Shown here: piece after piece, positions 23,841 to 36,808 of the stretch | Layout of the letters: each line of letters starts with the position of its first letter | Position numbering within the stretch: the stretch's first letter is position 1 | Assembly: GCA_013239625.1 (NCBI GenBank) | Contig: MU053513.1 | Span: 2,344,927 to 2,408,926 of the forward strand | DNA length: 64,000 nt | Direction of reading: 5' to 3' | Source of the DNA: Lama guanicoe | Taxonomy: Eukaryota | Program-made: the position numbers and the translations under genes | Notes under the pieces: model-generated | What the model was told of the DNA's origin: nothing | What the model saw: only the letters and a program-made list of their open reading frames with translations | Databases searched by the model: none

Positions 23841-25489
23841 TCTTTTTTTTACCTTTTTTATTGATTTATAATCATTTTAAAATGTTGTGTCAAATTCCAA
23901 TGTTCAGCACAATTTTTCAGTCATTCATGGACATATACACACTCATTGTCACATTTTTTTCTCTGTGATTTATCATAACATTTTGTGTATATTTCCCTGT
24001 GCTATACAGTGTAATCTTGTTTATCTATTCTACAATTTTGAAATCCCAGTCTATCCCTTCCCACCCTCTACCCCCCTGGTAACCACAAGTCTGTATTCTC
24101 TGTCCATGAGTCTTTAGATTCCACATATGAGCGATCTCATATGGTATTTTTCTTTCTCTTTCTGGCTTACTTCACTTAGAATGACATTCTCTAGGAGCAT
24201 CCATGTTGCTGCAAATGGCGTTATGTTGTCGTTTTTTATGGCTGAGTAGTATTCCATTGTATAAATATACCACTTCTTCTTTATCCAGTCACCTATTGAT
24301 GGACATTTAGGCTGTTTCCATGTTTTGGCTATTGTAAATAGTGCTGCTATGAACATTGGAGTGCAGGTGTCATCCTGAAGTAGATTTCCTTCTGGATACA
24401 AGCCCAGGAGTGGGATTCCTGGGTCATATGGTAAGTCTATTCCTAGTCTTTTGAGGAATCTCCATACTGTTTTCCATAGTGGCTGCACCAAACTGCATTC
24501 CCACCAGCAGTGTAGGAGGGTTCCCCTTTCTCCACAGCCTCTCCAGCATTTGTCATTTTTGGATTTTTGAATGACGGCCATTCTGACTGGTGTGAGGTGA
24601 TACCTCATTGTAGTTTTGATTTGCATTTCTCTGATAATTAGTGATATTGAGCATTTTTTCATGTGCTTTTTGATCATTTGTATGTCTTCCTTGGAGAATT
24701 GCTTGTTTAGGTCTTCTGCCCATTTTTGGATTGGGTTGTTTATTTTTTTCTTATTGAGTCGTATGAGCTGCTTATATATTTTGGAGATCAAGCCTTTGTC
24801 GGTTTCACTTGCAAAAATTTTCTCCCATTCCGTAGGTTTTCTTCTTGTTTTATTTCTGGTTTCCTTTGCTCTGCAGAAGCTTGTAAGTTTCATTAGGTCC
24901 CATTTGTTTATTCTTGCTTTTATTTCTTCTAGGAGAAAATTTTTGAAATGTATGTCAGATAATGTTTTGCCTATGTTTTCCTCTAGGAGGTTTATTGTAT
25001 CTTGTCTTATGTTTAAGTCTTTAATCCATTTTGAGTTGATTTTTGTATATGGTGTAAGGGTGTGTTCTAGCTTCATTGTTTTACATGCTGCTGTCCAGTT
25101 TTCCCAACACCATTTGCTGAAGAGACTGTCTTTATTCCATTGTATATTCTTGCCTCCTTTGTCGAAGATGAGTTGACCAAAAGTTTGTGGGTTCATTTCT
25201 GGGCTCTCTATTCTGTTCCATTGGTCTATATGTCTGTTTTGGTACCAATACCATGCTGTCTTGATGACTGTAGCTCTATAGTATTGTCTGAAGTCTGGGA
25301 GAGTTATTCCTCCAGCCTCTTTCTTTCTCTTCAGTAATGCTTTAGCAATTCTAGGTCTTTGATGGTTCCATATAAATTTTATTATGATTTGTTCTAGTTC
25401 TGTGAAATATGTCCTGGGTAATTGGATAGGGATTGCATTAAATCTGTAGATTGCCTTGGGCAGTGTGACCATTTTAACAATATTGATTC
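23841..25489 (-). mobile_element. Young 5'-truncated L1 (1.65 kb) with uninterrupted ORF2 C-terminus, 3'UTR, poly(A) and 16-bp TSD
   Basis: ORF 24114..25472(-), 452 aa with no stops, includes the Cys-rich [18 protein letters not shown] motif; TSD agacatt[c/t]ctcctttt at 23825-23840 and 25490-25505. Lacks the endonuclease domain and reverse-transcriptase core, so it is not autonomous. Confidence 0.97.
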
Positions 25490-26719
25490 AGACATTTCTC
25501 CTTTTATCTCTGGCTTTTGTTTCCCCGAATTTACCTGCTTGGCTCCTTCTCATCTCTCATGTGTCAGATTAGAAGCCTTCTCCTCCAGGAGGCCCTCCCG
25601 GACTGCCCTAACTAGAGGCAGCCTCTCTCACCTATTATCCGACAAAGATATTAACCACTAATAACAGTGACAGAATGTTCAGCTAGTGCGCCCTGTTCTA
25701 AGTACAATACATGCATCATCCAGCTTAGTCCTGAGAACAGCCTTGAGAGTCAGGTTCTCCCACTGTCCTTATTTTATCAGATGAGGAAGTTGCACAGATT
25801 AATCACCTGTCATGAGCCTGTTTATTTCTTTCATGGCACTTTCCACAATCTCTAATGGTTTACATTTTTTATTTCTTTATTGTCTGTCCCTGCAACTGAA
25901 ACATGAGTGCCATGAGGGCCGAGACCGTGATGCATGCGTGGCATACAGCTGGTGCTCAGGAGATAAAGCAATCTCTTAATACCTCACTGCCTGACTTTTC
26001 CCACAAGCAGTAGATGAGTTTTCTCTGTCCAGAAGGGGTGTGGATGAGTTGTCAGTGAGACAAACCCATTTCTATAGCCTGTTTCTTCCCTGAAATGCTA
26101 GCACAATGGTTGATGTGACATCCTGGCTCACCTCACAGCCTTTCAAATAACTCCCTGATGTGATTTCCTTCAAAGGTCACTCATATGCAATTACTTCCTC
26201 TAGGAGGAGCTTGGATAGAAAGGGCCCCTGTGCTCATTAAAACAAACAAAAAGCTCCATTTTCATTAGAGGAAGGTGATATTTAATGCTGCCAGACAAGC
26301 CTGATTCCACAGAACTGGCTTCTTTGGCCTCTGCTTCATTTGAAAGGAGCCTAAGAGAAATACAGCATGGCCTGAATCTGAGATGAAAACTAATAGCTGA
26401 TGGTCAAAGGCAAGGAGATTATGAGAACTTGGGAGTTCCACATACAGCTGAATTAAATGGAGGGGGGAAAAGCTAAGGTTTCAGTTCACCAGATGAGAAC
26501 ATCAAACTTCTAGCATTAAAGTAGAAAGAGCACTATCTTGAGTCAGACTTGGGTTCGAATCTCAGTTCAGTCATTTACTCGTAGGTATTCCCTCCTCTCA
26601 GACTCAATTTTCTCTCCTGTAAAATGTCCAGAGTAGAGACTCAGTAAGGAATAAGTATTAATAGTGTCATGGCTCAATTGTTACAGGTACAAAGAGAACG
26701 CTCTTGAATAACCCGCTAC

Positions 26720-27545
26720 ATCCTCTTCCCTCACGTCCAGTCACTCCCTGAGCCCGTGAACTCAACCTCCTCCATCTCTATGGAATTGGGTCATTTCTAT
26801 CCACCTGCACCTTGCTTCCCCTTGACCCACCCCGGTTCAACCCACCATCATTGTCCAATCACTTTCATGCCTCTTAGCCAGTCCTCCCACCTCCACCCCT
26901 GTCTATTCTCCACACCAGGCAGTGTGGTTGTTCTAAAATGCACATCGAATTACGGCTTGCTTTTGCTTAGTATCCCTCTGCGATCTCCTGTTGCTTTCAG
27001 GATGAGATCCTTCCAGTGGCTTACCAGGTCCTACTACCATGCCAAGTCCTACTGTATCCCCCACCTTCTCGTGGCTCTCTACACTCTAGTCACACTGACT
27101 TTGACTTTGTAGCTCCTTGTAGCTCAAAGTGGCACTATTGACAAGACTTTGCCTCAGGACCTTTGCACATGCTTTCACTGGAACCTGAGTTTCCTCAGCT
27201 GTAAATCAGAACAATAAACCTGCCTGGCAGAGTTATTTTGTGAAATGATAACATTCAAAATTTTCCTCCTTTGCCTCCTCTCACCATCTCTGATTTTTAT
27301 AACTTGCTAGTCACTCATTCAAAATACCACTTCCTTGAGAACCTTCCCTAAACCCCCAAATTACCTTAGGATCCCATTTCTTCCTTTATAATTCTCATCA
27401 TATCTCAGTCTTTGATTCAGTGTCTCTCTTCCCTCACAAAATGGCAAGTTTCCTAAGAATTAAGACTATATCTATGTTGAGTTTAGGTCACCAAAATATC
27501 CCCAGGTCCTAATGTATAGCAGATACTCACTAAATATTTGCTACA
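26720..27545 (+). mobile_element. L2 LINE 3' portion interrupted by a short MIR piece (about 27183-27255)
   Basis: ctattctccacacc...gcctcaggacctttgcacatgct...atactcactaaatatttg. Confidence 0.65.
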
Positions 27546-29689
27546 TAAGAAACCGAACTAGTTCATGCAGGTGAGTGGACCATTCCAGAACCATAGCCTC
27601 TCCCAGGCTCTCTGTTTGCCTTTCCATTTCCAATTGATAAACCCAAGTGTAGACCAAGGGACAAATAGATTATTTAATTTCGTGCAAATACTCATTCTTC
27701 TCATAGAAGACTGAGTAGCACAAACTGAACAGACTACACTGAAACCTTACTTCTATCCCTTTTATTATCTAAGCATAAGAGAGCTTCCAGATGAGTCATC
27801 ATCTGAGGTTCTGGCTACTGCCTACTGCCAGGTAGCAAATAACCAGATTGTATCAGTGTTGACACTCTGGTTCTTGAGCTGATGGTTTGTTTATTGAACT
27901 GCCTAATTTAGGGGCTCTGAAAATGGAAGAATGGCCATCAGCAACCTAGAGAACTCAGCACCCCAGCTGGGAACACATGAGTAACCAAAATCATAATTTT
28001 TCACTTTGCCAAGCTCAGTAAACACTGTGGTGATGCGCTGCCAGTGAAGCAGCCATTAGTTAAATAAATAAAGCACAAGGCTAGGAACAGGACTCCCAGT
28101 GCAGGCACAGTCCACTGCCTTGCTGACCACTGATGGGCATTAGCCGTGGTGTACTCCCTGGGGTACATCCAAAATACCCTGGGGAGGTATTTTAACACCT
28201 TCTTTAATTTGCTAAATATGATACATCCTCTGGGCTGCAGAATGGCTTACTTTGTATTAGTGAAAAATCACCTTTTCTTTTCCCATTTCATTCACTCAAC
28301 ACACAGTTATTAAGCACCTACTGTCTGTGTAATGGAAGCTGTTGGACAGGCTGCCCAGTACACAACTGTCTTTGCTCCTCTGGTGATACTCAGACTCGGA
28401 GAGGGGACCCAAAATACAAGCAAGCTGATTCCCGGCAAGAAGAGGCAGAGGTGTCCCAGCTCCTTCAAGAAGCCTGGGGGTGGATAGAGACAGACAGGCT
28501 GATAGCTTTGGAGGGTTTCAGGGTAAAGCAAGGTTTTATTAGGGGAGATGCTTTTTTATAAGAAACAAGGAGGATTTTTACCCAGTCTTCTTCTTTTCTT
28601 GGTACTCCAATTTTGGCTTCATCCATTTATATTAGATCTTTTTTTTAGATTACTCTCAAACATATTGGTAGATCCACACATCATGGAGACTTTCGGGACC
28701 TTGACTCATGACTCAACCATCCACTTCATGGAAATCTTTCCCATATTCTGACTCTTCCTCCATCTTTACCTGAATCTTAATTTCCTGGGGTCTTGTGGGT
28801 TATTTTTGTTTCTGCTGGGGTTATCAGTAAAAGCCAGGTCCCATAAGTGCCAAAAGAACAATAATCATGGCTACCAATTTTCACAGAGAAACTTTTATAT
28901 TACCATTATTGTATCAGTTAACCCTAAAGTAAACTGGCTATATGTGTGTGTGTATATATATGAAACCACCTTGGTTTATGTTTGAGGAAACAGAGGTTTG
29001 AGGTTAAACTGCTCAAGGGCACAGTTTCTAAGGCACAGCTCGTGTTGGCTCCAAGGTCAATCCCACTCCCAAGTGCGTGCCTGCTCTGTCTACCAGAATG
29101 AGCAAGCAGAGTGGGTTTAAGGGACTGCAAGGAAGAGATGACTGAAGGGTCTTAAAAGAAGAAAAAAGGAAGCCTATAGCAGGAGGAACTAGTTAGATAA
29201 CAAAAATGGCAGGAAAACAGACAGTATTGGAAAACAGAAATTAGAGACATTAGATGACACAGTGACTGTACAACTTCTTAAGGGGACAGAAAGTTTAAAG
29301 AGGAAGTTTAGCAGAACAGTCTAGAATCCTGGAGGCATTCCAGTGCAGGAACAAACATTTCCACACCACTCAAAAGCCATCAGTATATAACACGCTGCAT
29401 TACGGTAAGTGACGTTCAGAATGGGGATCCTAAGTCATCAAGAAAAGTTTAAATTAAGCTTTGTTCACTTAGGTAGGAAAGTATAAAATTAATTTGGAAC
29501 CTTCAAAAATAATTTAGACAAATATGATTTGGTGCTAAGAGGGACTGTGCTTATGTTATGTTAAGACTTATTTGCTCATAAAAGTCATTTCTCAGCCATG
29601 CTTCAAAAATGAGGTGCTAGACTACTTTGAAAACTTATTGCTGAGGGGTAAATATGCTTTTCTTTCCTCCCTCAGGTGTGATAGACTTT

Positions 29690-30062
29690 CCACCGAGATT
29701 CATGCTTCCTTCCCACAGTGTAGTCAAAGATGGAAGTGGTTGCCCAGTCAGGGACCACATTTCTTGTCTCTGCCTCTAGGGGGAGCCGTGTGCCGCCCAA
29801 TGGAATCAGAACAGAGGTCACTAGAGAACTTCCCTAGCTTCCACTGCCTTGATATACACACAGCGTGAACTTGGAAACCCTGTGTCAAAGACGGCAGAGC
29901 CAAATGGAAGGAAACCAAGTCCATGAATCACTGTTTGGAGGAGAGATATTAGGAATCCTCGCTTTTTTGACTATGTGAGGAAAAATAAAACCCTGTCATT
30001 TTGAGCCATGACACATTTTTGGGGGGTCTGTTTATAAAGCTGGCAGTGTAACTGTAATCATT
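29690..30062 (+). mobile_element. Old MaLR LTR (MLT1J-like)
   Basis: tgcccagtcagggaccacatttc...ccaatggaat...aaagacggcagagcc...aaataaaaccctgtcattttgagcca. Confidence 0.55.
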
Positions 30063-30225
30063 ATATCAGGCATCCAGGAAACTTCCTTTTTTTGTCCACT
30101 TACTTTACTAAGTGGCTAGAGTGCAGGCACCATGTTTTTTTTCCTAAAGGGCGGTTCTGATCATATCATGCCTGTTTAAAGATTTTCCATTCTCTCTGCT
30201 ACTTACAGAGGGAAGTTTCAATTGC

Positions 30226-30373
30226 TTTTTTTTTTAATTAATCAATTTTTTTTTGGTGAGGAAAGGTAATTAGGTATTTATTTATTTACTTACCTTTAAT
30301 GGAGGTAAGGGAGAATGGACCCAGGACCTTGTGCATGCTAGGCATGCCCTCTACCATGGAGTTATACCCTCCT
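30226..30373 (-). mobile_element. Second Vic-1-like tRNA-derived SINE, more diverged
   Basis: aggtaattaggtatttatttattt...ggaggta...cccaggaccttgtgcatgctaggcatgccctctacc..gagttataccctcc aligns to the copy at 10419-10560. Confidence 0.8.
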
Positions 30374-33300
30374 CAGCTCCATTTCTAAAAGTGACCCTTC
30401 ACATCTTATTTTTTACCGATCTGTTTCAAGAACCCTAAATTCCCCCAAACTGGACCACCACCCATTTATCCAAATGTGCCATGTCCTTGTCTTTGTCCAG
30501 AGTGACCTCTTTCTGGAATGCACCCCCGGACTCTCCCTGACTCTGGTCACTGAAAACCAACACGCCATTCATGGTCCTCTGGAAAGGCCATTTGATCAAC
30601 AAAGTGATTCTTAATTCTGATTGCTTGGGTTTGAACCCCATCACTTACCAACCACTGACCCTGGGCACATCACCCAACTTCCCTGTGCCTTAAAATAAAT
30701 GGTAACGAGATCCTCCCTCAGGGGGCTGTGAGGTGCAGGAATCCACGGAGAAGCGGCAGCCTGCTCTTTAGCCATCAGTGTAGCCCACACTTCAGACTGC
30801 AAACTATTTCTTCATCCTTTTTGACCATTCAGGTGTCACCTCCTAGAGAGGCAGAATAACTTTTTATCTTTGTGCCCCCACAGTGTCCCACAAAGTGGTT
30901 TATATACAGAAGGTGCCTGATACACGTTAGTTGAAGAAATGAACATCTGACTCTAAAGCTGCCGGAACTGGGTGTCATTTGTTCATTCACTCATGAGTTG
31001 CTTAGAGGCCTATGATGTTTTCCTCTAGGTTGAAACCTAATCAGAGAATTACAAGACTCTTTTTTTTTTAATCCTGAAGTTCTGAAGAAGCTTTAATCAT
31101 TTTTTGGACCTCCAGTAAAATTATCCATCCCTTGAGCTTGGGGACCTGTCTGACCAGGAAGTTCGCTTTGGTTTTGAAGGCATGAAACGTAGTTGCTCTG
31201 GCCACGCTTGTCTTTTGTGCTTATTCCTGGACATGCCTGGGGTGTCTGAGTTACCCACGGTTTGTCTTCAGAGGGTGAAATAATTTGAGACTGGAAGGGC
31301 TAAGTATTCCTCAGAGCCGGCAGTGCAGCAGCTGGGGCAGGGGGCGCGGAGGGAAGGCACTGGCGAATGCAGAGTCTGACAGCCGGTGTTCTCCACCGGC
31401 CTGGCCAGGCTCTTTCTCAGTTGTGCTCGTGGCTGACATGACGTTTGTTTCAAAAATGAGACTTACTGATGAAGGATGTCAGGACTGTAAATCAATCTTC
31501 AAATCTAGAAGAACCTGTCTCTCTAGAATATTATTGGTGTTTAAAGATATGAAACCAGTGAAACCCCCCTACTCTTTAAATAATATTTGGTATTAAATTG
31601 TTCCAATTCTGAATGGACTTTGCCCTTTGCCCTTGGATGGCACACAGGAGCCTCACTCCCAGCACGTCTAGAGCTGACCTCATCCTCAGTCTCCTCAGAG
31701 CCGCCACTCTTCTTCTCACACAGTGAAGGCCCCACCCCCACCCAGCTGGCCACCCAGAAACCGGGAGTCCTGCCCATCCCCTCCCTTTCCTTCTCCACTT
31801 CAACCAAACGATCGCTAACTCTTGTTCTTCTCCATCCACAATTTCTCTCCATTCTGCTCACTTCTCTCCATTCCTGCTGGAAACACCTCGGTTCAGCTCT
31901 CCATCATCTCTCTCTGAAAACTACTGCAACTCTACTACAACTGTGGTCTGTTTTCCAGTGTCCCTGGCCACACCACAAATGCCTTAAGGGTGTCGTCTTA
32001 TCCGCAAAGCTTAGCCTAGCATCCAACACACAGTAGATATGCAGTAAATGATCCTTCATCTCATGATTCCAGCCGTTAGAAGAGGCCAGCAGGGAAACCA
32101 AAGTAGATCTTCACCCTTATCCCCAAGTGCAGGTCCCCCGAGACTGGGTCCTAAGCCTCACATCCAAGTAGAAAGGAACTGGAACCCATTCCAGGCCACC
32201 TTCAGTATCAAGGATGGCCCTTATTCTTGTTGTAAGTGGTTGGAGGGCAGGGACTCTGTCTCTGGGGATTATCGAACCTTGAAAGAACCCATACGCACTG
32301 TGCAGTGGGAGCTGGCACCTCTTTGCTCTCCTCTGCTTCCTATTTTCTGTCTTTAGAGTGGCGGTGAAGGAAATCTTGGCCAGCACCGCTTGTTCAAGAC
32401 TCCTTCCATCAGCTGGGGGAACATTCACACTGGAGCAAAGGGTTCTCTGGTGGCTGATAACCCAGGCCACAGAGTCCCTGCCCGGGACCTCTGCCTGTCT
32501 TGCTCTTGATCACCTCAGGGTGGCCTGTGGGGTGAGGGTCAGGCGCCAAGAGTACGTTGAGCAGCAGAGCACTTGGACCAAACACATTTCCGTTCATTCA
32601 TGCAAAATACATGTCCTAGTAGTTTACTATCTTCCTGGTATGATTCCACATGCAGAAGACACAAGAATGAGCTGACCAGACAGAACCTCTGCTGTGTGAC
32701 AGAGACTACATACAAAGTGGCGGGGGGCAGAGAGGAAACTGATAAATAAGTAACAGATGTGCAGTGGTTGACCCCTCTCGGCTGACTCTGGAGCGCCCTG
32801 GACATCATGCTGCTCCACAGCACGTGGAGCCGGGGCTGCATTCCCCCACCCTGGAGAGGCACTGAGTTCAGCCCTCTGAACCCCTCTCAATGACACCTCC
32901 ACCAGCCGGTGCCAGGGCTTTTGAGATGGATCAGTCCCAGCTCCACACAAAAGCAGCCTGGCCAGGACGCATCTGTGGACTTTCTAGGAAGCAATTTTAA
33001 ATCGGCCATGCTGTGCCCTTATATGGAGGCAGCAGGATCAGCGAGAAGGACAGGAAATTAACACGAGGGGAGCTGAGGCTGACCCAAAGCCCTCACAGAA
33101 TCTGAACACAAAGCTTCCCTCCACTGGCTGAGGTGCCAGGAGTCTCTCCTGAGTCATATTTCCCGGGTACTCTTTCCCACACAAATAGCAGCAAACAAGT
33201 CAAAGGCAGCATGACATTAACAAGAAAGAAAGAGCATCCTTGGGAGGTGAAGGGACTTGACCAAGGTCACAGGGCGACTCAGTGCCAGTGCTGGGACTAG

Positions 33301-33854
33301 AACTTGGGTTAAAACTTCCAACCCAGTTGCGATGCTGCCTCTTAATAGAAAATCTTAGCGGGGAATATTCTTTCCTGGACGCAGTTTGGCCAAGTGCTGG
33401 CCTCGTGATGGAAGTGAGTGAGCACTGCGATAGGAGAGTGAGCTGACCTGCCCGTCGTTACAGAGTTACTGTTCTGTCATCTACTGTGGGGAGTTAAGCC
33501 TCCGAGCCAGGTGGTCTTGGCAGGTGGGGGCTCTGTAGTCACAAAAGGAGAGGGAGGGAGGCCTGGGGTGATTTGACACCATGGGTAGAGCCACCCAAGG
33601 ATCTCACTCCGTCTACAGAAGCGTCCCATGTTCCAGATCTTTCTTAACCGTATTTCCTGATCTAAATCCATCTCGTCCATGGTCCATTTTTTTCTAAGAC
33701 TATTCCAGCTATGCAGAAAAAGCTGATTTTCACCAAGTAAATTGTGTCTAGGTATGAGAATGGTTTAATTGTAATCACTTCAATTCCTTAAATCAAAGGA
33801 GTGACTGTGGGGAACATCAGGCACTTAGACATCCTTGGAGTAGGACAGGGCAGG

Positions 33855-33863
33855 TGTGTGTGA

Positions 33864-33893
<30 letters not shown>
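33855..33893. repeat. Compound (GT)n(GA)n microsatellite
   Basis: Direct reading. Confidence 0.9.
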
Positions 33894-33894
<1 letters not shown>

Positions 33895-35183
33895 GTTTCA
33901 GAATCATTAGAGTTTTCCAGTACTTTTCAGTGACTATAATGTTTACGCCTAAGACAAACAGAATCCACAGAGGGAGAGCTGGGGGGCAGGGATGGGAGAC
34001 AGAGGAAGGTAGACAGAGCAGAAGGCCTGGGAGACGACTTGACCAGAGTTCAGCTGACATACGGAGGCGGGCCACAGCAAGCAGAGTGGGAAGGGAGGAA
34101 GCTTCTGTGAATCCCTGCACCGGGCAGCTGGGGATCTGGTGCTCCGTGGACGGTTATGGTCTCCACTTGCTTAGCTATGCAAGGCTTGGAAGCTGCTGAA
34201 CAGCCGTATGTAGTACCTTTTCTTGTCTGCAAAGACCACAGGCTTTCTAGATAAAGGTCATATCCTGGCCTGGTCTCCACAGGCAGGTGCACTGCCCCCT
34301 TTTTTCCCTCTGCAGAGAGTTTCTGGGCCTCACACGTCTAAATCCCATCTGAAATCCCCAGAGACAGATGCAGTCACTGAGATCTTCACTGGCCTTTCAG
34401 AGGCGAGATGCTCTCCCAGTTCACAGTGATGCACTTGCCATCCGAGCCCTGAAGTCCAGTGAGGGCATGGGCTTCTGAGCCCTGGGAGGACACTGCTTCC
34501 TGTCCCTGACCTTCCATGCACCCCACGATGTTCTGTACCAGGAGTGAGGCTCTGACCGCTTAGGGGTATCTGTGTAAATCAACTCCATTCACTCCACAAG
34601 GATTTCCTGAGTGTCAGCTCCTGCCGGGGACCACACTAGATATTGGGAAGTCACTGGAAATTAAAGTAGCCATGGTTTCTGCTGTCATGGAATATATGGT
34701 TTAGTGGGGAAAACAGATGTTAATCAAATAATTGCACAAATAGGTAATTACAACCTAATAAATGCTAGGAGGGAAAAGCACAGCATGTTCTGAGACTATT
34801 TCTGGTGGGAATATTTCTGATCCAGCCTGGTGCTCAGTGTCAGAATCATGTTGTGAACTTGGCTTCTGAGAAGCCCCCAAGCTCCCAAGCCCACACCTCC
34901 CTTTCCTCCACTGCTCTGGGCCCGGGCTGCAGCTCATTTCCTGGCCTCTCTCAGGGCCATCACCGTGGCAGTGACCCCTTTACCAGCATTAGCACGGGAC
35001 CCCTGCCTAAGGCACCTGAATCACCCCCCCCTTTTTTTTGCCATTATCAACATTAGAATTTTAATAAATGATCATCAAAATGCTCCAAGGAATTAATATA
35101 TAGCAAAAGGTGGCAAAACAAACATTGGTGATAGGGAATACGGTTTGTTACTATATGCAATGTTTAGTATTTGTCACATATTC

Positions 35184-35405
35184 TTTTTTTAATTCTTGTT
35201 TTTTATTGAAGTGTAGTCAGTTTTCAATGTTAGTTTCAGGTTTACAGCAAAGTGATTCAGTTATATATAAACATACACATATATAAATATATTTTCACAT
35301 TCTTTTCCATTACAGCTCACTACAGGAAATTGAGTGTAGTTCTCTGTGCTGCACAGTAGGTCCTTGTTGCAGATTATTTTACAGGTAGTGATGTCTGTCT
35401 GTTAA
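35184..35405 (-). mobile_element. L1 3'UTR fragment
   Basis: ttttattgaagtgtagtcagtt...tgttagtttcagg..tacagcaaagtgattcagttatata...cagtaggtccttgttg. Confidence 0.8.
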
Positions 35406-35849
35406 ACTTTCCACCTGCTTTGTCGTTCCTGCTCTTCTGTCGTCCTCGCACTGGCCCCAGCCCGCTGTACCCCCCTACTCGGCCTCTCGCTTCTCTGCCT
35501 GCACCGTGTAAACACATCACAATCCAGTGCAGCAAGTACAAAAACACCCCTAAATTCTAACTTTGAGGGCTCCCGCCTCTTCCTCTGCCATTATGTCCGA
35601 GCCTGCCCCAGATTTCAGATCGGCTTCCTCCTGGCCGGTGTCATCCCACAACTCAGGACGGGCCTGGATTCCATCACCGGATGCCGCTACATCAGCACAG
35701 AGCTCGGGTTGCTCCTCAGGCCGCTGGCTCGGGGGGAGCCCGTGCTGGAAGGGCTTAAGCGCCCTCCGTCAGCACGTAGTCCCTGCTGACAAAGATTCTC
35801 TCCCCGCTCCAAGTCTAGCCGGGCTCCTCTGAGCCTTCTTCTCACCTAG

Positions 35850-36303
35850 GCCTGGCAACAAACACTGGCACACTTTCTAACAGCCCAGGGCTGCAGCCCT
35901 CTCATGACCCTCATCCTCCTAAAAGTGCCTGCCTGAGGAAATCCAAGGCTGCCAAAAGAACTTACTGTTTCCTCCAGCCCACCCCTGAAGACCGGGCCCC
36001 TGAGTCCCGGCGTCTGTGGGAACACAGGCACCTAACTTCCACAAACGCCCCTTAGGAAGCCCAGATGGGTTTCACTTGGATTAGCTCCCCTCCTGCTTGC
36101 CGTTACTCTTCACTTCCCTGACTCTGCTGAGCGCCCCCAAGCCCCCTTCCTACACCCTCATCCTCCCTTTAAAACACCCAGGTATCTCTGTGTAAATCCA
36201 AGTTGGGCTCAGTTCAGCCTGGACTCTTTTCCTTACTATTTCCCCGTTTAATCAGTATATTACTCCTGATGAAAAATCATCCAGCTTTGTTTATCTTTGA
36301 TAC
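35850..36303 (+). mobile_element. Possible ERV LTR remnant
   Basis: ctttaaaacaccca...gttgggctcagttcagcctggactcttttcc...tgtttatctttgata resembles the 3' half of an ERV1 LTR; family and start uncertain. Confidence 0.35.
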
Positions 36304-36411
36304 CTTGAAGGTGAGACCAGGCCACTCTGACTTTGCGCAGAGCTGTACCTAGAAATGTGTAAAAGGTTCTTTTAGTTAGTTACCCAGAAAAATGAGTGTC
36401 CGTTACACGCG

Positions 36412-36808
36412 GGAGCAACTCCCAGGGCTCAGGCGGCCGTAACAAAATCCCAGGCTGGGGCTTAACCATCAGGCACGCGTTGTCTCGCAGTTCCGGAGGC
36501 TGGAAGGCCAAGACTGCGCTGTCAGCAGGTTTGCTTTTCTGAGGCTTCTCTCTTCGGCTTGCAGACGGCCAGCTTCTCACTGTCTCCCCGTGTCTTTGCG
36601 TGGGTGCCTCGCATTCTGTGTTTTCTGTGTCCTAATCTCCTCTTCTTATGAGGACACAGGACGTATCGGATTAAAGCCCACCTGAAAAGTCTCATTTTAA
36701 CTTAATCATCTCTTTAAAGGCCCTGTCTCCACATAGAGTTATATTCTGAGGTAATGGAGGTGAAGACTTCAACATACAAGTATTAGGGGGACACAATCCA
36801 GCCCATAG
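36412..36808 (-). mobile_element. MaLR solo LTR (MLT1B-like)
   Basis: gccgtaacaaaat...cagttccggaggctggaag...ggcttgcagacggcc...tttaacttaatcatctctttaaaggccctgtctcc...gggggacacaatccagcccata. Confidence 0.85.

Noticed and set aside
24616..25176. 186-aa hydrophobic ORF (likewise 61980..62600 and 20625..20918)
   Set aside because: Antisense frames of A-rich L1 ORF2, a common source of spurious membrane-protein-like ORFs.
25455..25489. Near-identical 5' truncation points of the L1s ending at 25489 and starting at 61697 (about 30 nt apart in ORF2)
   Set aside because: Different subfamilies and different TSDs; two cases cannot be distinguished from coincidence.
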